A stretch of DNA of 64,000 bases from Helicobacteraceae bacterium (GTDB lineage Bacteria; Campylobacterota; Campylobacteria; Campylobacterales; Sulfurimonadaceae): NCBI GenBank assembly GCA_026988515.1, contig JALSLA010000069.1:3289-67288 (forward strand), read 5' to 3'. Positions within the stretch are counted from its first letter, which is position 1. The number at the start of each line of letters is the position of its first letter. A model generated the notes under the pieces. It ran no database searches. It saw nothing but the letters and a program-made list of their open reading frames with translations, and had not been told where the DNA came from. A program made the position numbers and the translations under genes. This document shows, piece after piece, positions 58,058 to 64,000 of the stretch.

Positions 58058-60238
58058 ATGAACGCTACCGTCAAAAAAGCGATGCTTTTGGTGAATCTGT
58101 TGGCATTTACCGCAATTGTCCCGCTCTATGCACAGATCAACACTGCTTCGGCGTCACCGACCTATGCATCGGGTGAAGTTCTTGTGAGCTTTAGCAATCG
58201 CTATGCTGCCAGCAGTACAGAGACTGCCAATGCACTCAATGCCGTGCTGGGAAAAAATCAATACACACAAGAAACATTTAATCATTTAAGTTCGGCGGTC
58301 ATCCGCTCTAATACCTATACCACCCCAGAGCTTCTGGAAAAATTTGCTTCGATTAACTCGGTGCGCGCCGTAGCACCAAATTATATTAACCGTTTTGCAA
58401 ATGATCGAAACGACACCTACTATAATGACCTTTGGGCACTACAAAATACGGGACAGGCCGCCGGAACACCCGATGCTGACATTGATGCCGATGAGGCATG
58501 GAAGCTTGAAGAAGGTTCACGTGACGTTGTTGTTGCCGTCATTGACTCGGGAATCGATTATACTCACGAAGATCTGCGAGAAAATATGTGGGACGGTACG
58601 GCTTTTGGACTGAAATATCATGGATATGATTTTGCATCTGATGCCGCCGGAGGTAATGATGACGACCCAATGCCGGTACTTCCCCACGGAACACATATTG
58701 CCGGAACGCTTGGTGCCGTTGCCAATAACATCGGCGTCGTCGGTGTTGCTCCAAAAGTCTCGCTGATGGCACTCAAAGTCTTTCGAGATGACGGTAATGC
58801 CTTTGACAGTGACATTCTTGAGGCCCTCAATTTTGTCTCCCAAAAAGTTGACGCCGGCGTCAATATTGTTGCCGTTAATGCCAGCTATACCAGTACCGGA
58901 CGCAGTGATGTCATCCGCAATGTTATTGAAGAATTAGGCAACAAAGGGGTACTGTTTTGTGCTGCAGCCGGTAATGATACCAGCGATAATGATCGCATAG
59001 CCCGCTATCCCGCCGGCTACAATTTAGATAATATCATCTCCGTAACGGCGACTGACAGAAATGACCGATTGGCATACTTTTCAAATTACGGTACAACGAG
59101 TGTCGATATTGCAGCTCCGGGTTTAAATATTGTCAGTACCGTTCCGCATAACAGCTACGATATCAGTAGCGGTACCTCAATGGCGGTACCCCTTGTAGCA
59201 GGCAGTATTGCCCTGTTGGCGGCATACGATGCCAACAGTACTGCGACACAGCGGAAGCGCTCGCTGCTTAACTCCGTAGACTCCCTTGCGTCACTACAGA
59301 ATAAAGTGAGCAGTGGCGGTCGGCTCAATGTCCACCGCGCGCTTTTAAATCTTAAGAAAAGTGCTGATGTCACGACATGGGCAACCGGTGTTTACGGCAA
59401 CTTTGAAGACCGTCGTCAACTGCTCTCTATCCCCGGTGCCAAGAGTTTACGTGTAACAATTACCGGTGAAACAGAGCCGTTTTATGACTTTATCTACATT
59501 TATGATGAAGCGGGCAATCAATTGATGCAGCTCGACGGAAGCATTAATAAAAGTATTATTGTCAAAGGGTCTTCTGTAACGGCACGACTCGTTAGTGACA
59601 ACTCGCAAAGTGCATCGGGTGTTACCGTGCGTATTGAAGCAGTAGAACATACTGCCGATACAAAGAATATCACAAGTTGGTCAACAGGGCCGTTTTCCAG
59701 CAATGAAAAGCGAAGCAAAAACCTTTTTATCCACGGAGCTAAAAAACTGGAGGTGACTGTCAGCGGATCCACCGAAGCGGGGCATGACTATCTCTATCTT
59801 TACGATCAAAACGGTACGCAGTTGGCACGGCTTGACGGTGACATCAACACTACAATAACCGTAGAAGGAGCGTCTGTTACCGCACGGCTTACAAGCGATG
59901 TTTCCGTTACGTCTACCGGTGTTACCATCAGCATTAAGGCTATTGCCGGCAAAGGAGACGTCACCGCATGGTCAACCGGAACATACCAAAATGATGAGGA
60001 TCGCTCTCAAAAACTCTCCATAAGCGGTGCAACCCGCCTGAAGGTTGTTGTTACGGGAGAGACGGAACTGTATTACGACCACTTTTTTATTTACGACGGG
60101 CATAACAATCCGGTTGCGCAACTTAACGGCATCATTAATAAAACGTTTATTGTGCAAGGTGACTCCATACGCGCACGGATTCTCAGTGACCATTACGATA
60201 CCGCATCGGGTGTCACTGTAAGTATTAGCTCATTGTAA
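58058..60238 (+). CDS. secreted subtilisin-family (S8) serine protease with three C-terminal repeat domains
   Basis: Signal peptide. Catalytic triad motifs VAVIDSGID (Asp), HGTHIAGT (His), SGTSMAVPLVAG (Ser). TATAAT at 58018-58023 upstream. Confidence 0.9.
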   Translation: MNATVKKAMLLVNLLAFTAIVPLYAQINTASASPTYASGEVLVSFSNRYAASSTETANALNAVLGKNQYTQETFNHLSSAVIRSNTYTTPELLEKFASINSVRAVAPNYINRFANDRNDTYYNDLWALQNTGQAAGTPDADIDADEAWKLEEGSRDVVVAVIDSGIDYTHEDLRENMWDGTAFGLKYHGYDFASDAAGGNDDDPMPVLPHGTHIAGTLGAVANNIGVVGVAPKVSLMALKVFRDDGNAFDSDILEALNFVSQKVDAGVNIVAVNASYTSTGRSDVIRNVIEELGNKGVLFCAAAGNDTSDNDRIARYPAGYNLDNIISVTATDRNDRLAYFSNYGTTSVDIAAPGLNIVSTVPHNSYDISSGTSMAVPLVAGSIALLAAYDANSTATQRKRSLLNSVDSLASLQNKVSSGGRLNVHRALLNLKKSADVTTWATGVYGNFEDRRQLLSIPGAKSLRVTITGETEPFYDFIYIYDEAGNQLMQLDGSINKSIIVKGSSVTARLVSDNSQSASGVTVRIEAVEHTADTKNITSWSTGPFSSNEKRSKNLFIHGAKKLEVTVSGSTEAGHDYLYLYDQNGTQLARLDGDINTTITVEGASVTARLTSDVSVTSTGVTISIKAIAGKGDVTAWSTGTYQNDEDRSQKLSISGATRLKVVVTGETELYYDHFFIYDGHNNPVAQLNGIINKTFIVQGDSIRARILSDHYDTASGVTVSISSL
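59366..60235 (+). repeat. three tandem, diverged, about 97-100-aa domain repeats inside the S8 protease gene
   Basis: Repeat starts at about 59366, 59669 and 59957. Shared pattern W(A/S)TG.(Y/F)...E.R...L.I.GA..L.V.(I/V).GETE..(Y/H)D...(I/L)YD..G......L(D/N)G.IN..(I/F).V.G.S(V/I).AR(L/I).SD.....(S/T)GVT(V/I).I. Confidence 0.85.
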
Positions 60239-60249
60239 TTACATGTAAA
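60238..60249. repeat. copy of iterated palindrome (ATTACATGTAAA)
   Basis: Read directly. It fills most of the 20-nt gap between the convergent S8 protease and tamB stops. Confidence 0.9.
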
Positions 60250-60258
60250 TACGTGTTC

Positions 60259-63084
60259 TTACGGTTTTTCAGTTATGCTATGTTGTCGAAAGGGATCACG
60301 AAGGTCTTTCACATAAATAAGATTGATCCCCTGCCCTGTCTCTTTAACATCCACGTCAAGGCGTAGCCAGCGGTTTAATTTGTACTGCATAACGGCACTG
60401 AACTTGGCGTCGTTTTTCAATAATATACGCAACTTTTCACTCACCTGAGTCCCCACTTCAAAACCCAATGCGCCACTCTCACTGCTTAGTATATTTAACG
60501 TATCAACATGAATACCGGTGGTATCGCCAATCATTTTTTTCAACCCCATCCCTAAAATGAGATTGGCGGCGCTGGCACCACTCAACTCCTCACCGCCCTC
60601 AAATGCCGAGTTTGCCGGCGTACCAAAAATGAGATAGCTCATAATATCATTTTGGCTCATAGAGGGTGTCGCACTAAAAAGAACAACCGGATCTTCCATG
60701 GTGTTGGTCACATAGATATGAATTTTTTTATAATCGATTTCGCGTAAAATATTGAGATCCAAATAGGGATTAATCGGTGTATCGCCACCAAAATAGACTT
60801 TACTCTGACTGATCTCATAACGTTTGTCGCTTAAGCGAGCTTCTCCGCTTTCAATGGTTGCCATACCCAGTATAACCAATGCCCCGTTGGGTTCTTTCCA
60901 TAACGTAATATCAGGAACTATCGTTGCATGAATATCGTGTGCATTGTAACGCAGTGGATGTTCTGCCGTTATGTGTACATTGATAAAAAGGTCTGAGCTT
61001 TGCGGCTCGCGTACATCTTGAATAATAATAATATCATCATCACGCATAAGGTAACTCTTGCTCGGATAGTAGGTGACCTCTCCTTCTAGAACGTTGACGC
61101 TGCCCTCCACGCTCAAATTTCCTGCTCCATCAGAGAGCAAAGCAATGTCTACGGCAGCGCGCAGATCTCCTTCGGGACCTTTATAGTGAAATGCTTTGCC
61201 GTAAAGGCGCATGTCCATATGACCGCTTTGGCTCTCATACAGACCGGTGAGCTGTAGCGTATCGTAGATCCACAATCTGTCTACATGTAAATTATGTGCT
61301 GCGTCGAGAAAAAATTTGGAATCACGGTTGGCATACACGCGGTGACCCAAAAGGCTCACATTGTACTCATCAAGTGTAATATAGCGGTTAAACAGACGTA
61401 CTTTCATCGTGGAGTTGTGCCCAAAGTTAATGGTTTGCGAATCTTGCTGTGCGACATACCATGGAATCTTAAGCTCACTTTCAACGCTTATATCATCATC
61501 AATGGTTACCGTCGTGCGTGCATCGAGTTCAGCATCGTAATACTCAAATTTATTATAATGCAGCGGCCTAATGGAGTTAATCAGCTCATAAAGTGATGCA
61601 ATATGGTTATTTACATGTAAAACCGTACGTGTCGTGTGATGTACCCCTTCAATATCGAAACGGCTGCTTTTGTAGCTTCCCCAGCCATTAAGACGCTCGG
61701 CACGCTTAAAAAGTGTGACATAGACCTCATGAGAGCGTAAGGCCAGCATCCCTTCATCGGCACGGTTATAGTGAGCAACAAAACTGATGGGAAAAATATT
61801 GTGTGTGCTGATACCGTTCCATTCTGCTGCATGATGGTCTGCATCAATACGCCCCTGTGCCAATAATTGGGCACCGTCGTACTCAAAAGTGCTTTGAAGC
61901 ATGCCTGTGTGATCCCCCAACGTCACTGTGCCGTGTGCTGTTACGGTTGTATTGATGCTTATATTGGCATCTATAGAGGCATTGATATCACGATGCTGCA
62001 GCAGTGGCGGCAGGGAATCGATAAAATCGCCTGAAACCTCTGTTGCTTGAGCATGAAGCACAAATGTTTGCATGTCGCTACTGCTTACGGTTGTGTGAAG
62101 CGCTTGCGTGTCTGAGTGTAGTTCAGCGTAAAGGCTACCCTCAGATGTCAATGCTATTGTCGCGTTATAATCCCTTTCCGGCAGTGTGTAGGGTGTCTGA
62201 TCTACATGTATTGCCATGGTAGATGTTAGATTCCCGTCGAAATCGATACGGAGCTGTTGCGCAACACTTATAGCGGTCTCTTTATGACGCAAGAGATAAC
62301 TGCCGTCTACATCGATGTATGGATTACTATAGTTATAATCAACATTCACAGCGGCATTGTAAATCGAGATGTTTCCTTCACCGTATTGAAGGTGTGGTAT
62401 AGTAGCAGTAGCCTGCAGTCGGGTTGATGAAGCATGTAAAATATTAAGGTTATAGTACAGCGGAATGGTCTGAAACGCTTCTAAATAGGGTTGAAAATAG
62501 CTTTTGTCTAATCTCGTACTGCTTGTACCGCTAAAGACGTTATGTTCCATACTGCCTTGCAGTACCGCTGTTGCATAGCGGGTGGCAATGGTGGCATCAA
62601 TATGCTCTGTATCGACAATACCGTTGTTGTAACGACTGTTTTTAAAGCTACCCTCAATACCTATTGTCTTACTGCCACTTATCAGGGTAATGTCTTGCAG
62701 CACCAGATGCTTTAAGGTAATTGAAGGCAGTGTCAAGGTGTTCGCATTATGTTCGTTTTGCTGTGGTAGCGCATTCAGATCAATCACGGCGTTACGTAAG
62801 CGTAACACATCAACATTGAGGCCGTGGCGCCACAGATGCCATAAATCGAAATTGAGTTCTGCTTCTTGGGCTTTAAAAAGATGTTTATAGCTGACATCGT
62901 CAATACGAAATCCGCTATAGAGTGTTCCTGAGAGTTTGCTGTAGCGGATGTCGCTGTCGTGGAGCGCATAATGCGCTATTGCAGGTAGAACCAAGGGATG
63001 AAAAAGCAACACCACAACAGCAAGCATTACGAGAATAAGAAGAACAAGAAGCGTACGGATCTCTAAGTATATATCGCGGATCAA
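60259..63084 (-). CDS. tamB: translocation and assembly module protein TamB (DUF490 family)
   Basis: N-terminal TM anchor, about 900 aa beta-rich body, C-terminal DUF490-like end (...SAVMQYKLNRWLRLDVDVKETGQGINLIYVKD). Overlaps the upstream Omp85-family gene by 4 nt. Confidence 0.8.
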   Translation of the reverse strand: MIRDIYLEIRTLLVLLILVMLAVVVLLFHPLVLPAIAHYALHDSDIRYSKLSGTLYSGFRIDDVSYKHLFKAQEAELNFDLWHLWRHGLNVDVLRLRNAVIDLNALPQQNEHNANTLTLPSITLKHLVLQDITLISGSKTIGIEGSFKNSRYNNGIVDTEHIDATIATRYATAVLQGSMEHNVFSGTSSTRLDKSYFQPYLEAFQTIPLYYNLNILHASSTRLQATATIPHLQYGEGNISIYNAAVNVDYNYSNPYIDVDGSYLLRHKETAISVAQQLRIDFDGNLTSTMAIHVDQTPYTLPERDYNATIALTSEGSLYAELHSDTQALHTTVSSSDMQTFVLHAQATEVSGDFIDSLPPLLQHRDINASIDANISINTTVTAHGTVTLGDHTGMLQSTFEYDGAQLLAQGRIDADHHAAEWNGISTHNIFPISFVAHYNRADEGMLALRSHEVYVTLFKRAERLNGWGSYKSSRFDIEGVHHTTRTVLHVNNHIASLYELINSIRPLHYNKFEYYDAELDARTTVTIDDDISVESELKIPWYVAQQDSQTINFGHNSTMKVRLFNRYITLDEYNVSLLGHRVYANRDSKFFLDAAHNLHVDRLWIYDTLQLTGLYESQSGHMDMRLYGKAFHYKGPEGDLRAAVDIALLSDGAGNLSVEGSVNVLEGEVTYYPSKSYLMRDDDIIIIQDVREPQSSDLFINVHITAEHPLRYNAHDIHATIVPDITLWKEPNGALVILGMATIESGEARLSDKRYEISQSKVYFGGDTPINPYLDLNILREIDYKKIHIYVTNTMEDPVVLFSATPSMSQNDIMSYLIFGTPANSAFEGGEELSGASAANLILGMGLKKMIGDTTGIHVDTLNILSSESGALGFEVGTQVSEKLRILLKNDAKFSAVMQYKLNRWLRLDVDVKETGQGINLIYVKDLRDPFRQHSITEKP

Positions 63085-64000
63085 AACAGTTCACCAATAT
63101 GAAAATGTACGGCATACTGATTGGTATCTGCCGTATCAATGCCAAAATCCAAAGCAATGGGACCAATAGGAGTGCTATAACGCAACCCCGCACCGACGCT
63201 GACATAAGTATTGTCATAGTTACTGCCCGTACTGTTGCCGATTAAGGTGGTATCACTAAAGAGAACGCCCCGAAAATTACCACTGATAGGAAAACGATAT
63301 TCTACGGTTCCTTCAGCCACACGAGAAAATCCGACAGGGTTATTATTAATATTTTTAGGGCCGAGCATGCGGTAGCTGTATGCCCGATTGCTGTTCATAC
63401 CACCGGCATAAAACCGGTAGGAAGCGGGTACAGCACCGTCAAAGACCTTAATAGAACCGTATTTGGCACGAAAAGCAAGAACAGAACTGCCCATATTGTG
63501 AATATAACCGCCGCTGAACTCATATTTTAAATAGGTTGCATCGGAGAGTAACGTATTGTGCGCTCCGGAGAGATCACTCTTAATAAAATAGCCGCGTGTC
63601 GGATCTAAAAACTTATCACGTACATCATAACGCCACCCTAATAGCAGTGAAAGCAGATAGAGATCACTGTTTTGAAAAGCAGCGACATCTTTAGAAGCAT
63701 ACGTGAGAGCATGATCGTATTTAATTCCCTCAAAAAAAGTATGTTCGCTGCGATATTGATTGAGATAGAGTGTTTCATAGGTACGGCGTTCTTTATAGCC
63801 TTCGAATCGTTCATCTACATAACCCACTTCAGCACCGAGAATATTACGATTGCGAAGCGGCATTGAAAACGTACCGGTAAGACTTTTTTTGACATCCGTA
63901 TAACGCCCTTTGAGAGAGAGTGTTTTAAGATTTGAGAGAAAATTACGATGTTTCATTCCCATAGAAAACGCAAATCCTTCATCACTGCTAAAGCCCAAAC
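63081..64000 (-). CDS. Omp85-family outer-membrane protein (TamA/BamA-like), C-terminal barrel part, truncated by window edge
   Basis: Barrel motifs YRFYAGGMNSNRAYSY and LRYSTPIGPIALDFG. C-terminal ...HFHIGELF ends in Phe. The ORF continues beyond position 64000. Confidence 0.8.
   Translation of the reverse strand, partial: LGFSSDEGFAFSMGMKHRNFLSNLKTLSLKGRYTDVKKSLTGTFSMPLRNRNILGAEVGYVDERFEGYKERRTYETLYLNQYRSEHTFFEGIKYDHALTYASKDVAAFQNSDLYLLSLLLGWRYDVRDKFLDPTRGYFIKSDLSGAHNTLLSDATYLKYEFSGGYIHNMGSSVLAFRAKYGSIKVFDGAVPASYRFYAGGMNSNRAYSYRMLGPKNINNNPVGFSRVAEGTVEYRFPISGNFRGVLFSDTTLIGNSTGSNYDNTYVSVGAGLRYSTPIGPIALDFGIDTADTNQYAVHFHIGELF

Noticed and set aside
60238-60249. Iterated palindrome acting as a bidirectional rho-independent terminator
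   Set aside because: Only a 4-5 bp AT-rich stem with a tiny loop could form, and no flanking T-tract is present. Most copies lie inside genes or upstream of starts rather than at 3' ends.
1-64000. CRISPR arrays, IS elements/transposases, restriction-modification or other recognisable defence genes, rRNA operons
   Set aside because: I saw no regularly spaced repeats, transposase/integrase-like translations or rRNA-like sequence. The only abundant repeat is the short palindrome, and it is irregularly spaced.

Overview
The window looks like a chromosomal segment from a Campylobacterota (epsilonproteobacterium-like) genome. Three observations support this: the gene order metG, small Cys ORF, fbp, mobB, lipoprotein, yggT, gltX, which I recall from Campylobacter (from memory, unchecked); a textbook sigma54 promoter in front of the flagellar rod genes; and RNase Y together with long-form DapD. 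I call about 70 protein genes, one tRNA-Glu, and no rRNA, CRISPR array, IS element, integrase or obvious prophage.

Most of the window is housekeeping: ybeY, queC, metG, fbp, mobB, gltX, galE, lpxK, nadE, cmoB, rny, ftsY, radA, dapD, trmL, purU, leuBD, flgFG, rpoD, hemL and tamAB.

The less ordinary parts are:
1. A signalling-rich block at about 12.1-22.6 kb. It holds two HQWRQPL-type histidine kinases, a REC-RHH regulator, TetR plus Nudix, a hybrid kinase, a CheY-like REC and an OmpR-type regulator. Embedded in it is a tightly coupled three-gene operon: a coiled-coil protein, a TM/BON/OmpA-anchored protein, and a Ras/Rab-like small GTPase. This is my best candidate for an uncharacterised system.
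2. A strongly over-represented palindrome, TTTACATGTAAA (core TACATGTA). At least 24 copies are scattered through genes and intergenic DNA, and the coding copies sit almost always in one reading frame. This is reminiscent of uptake sequences or cyanobacterial HIP1.
3. The computationally predicted but functionally unknown triad of ATP-grasp ligase, 7TM inactive transglutaminase and retropepsin-like protease.
4. A CI/LexA-like S24 repressor translationally coupled to an NlpC/P60 cell-wall hydrolase.

All calls come from reading the translations and the DNA by eye. No database search or statistics program was run, and all counts are manual and approximate.
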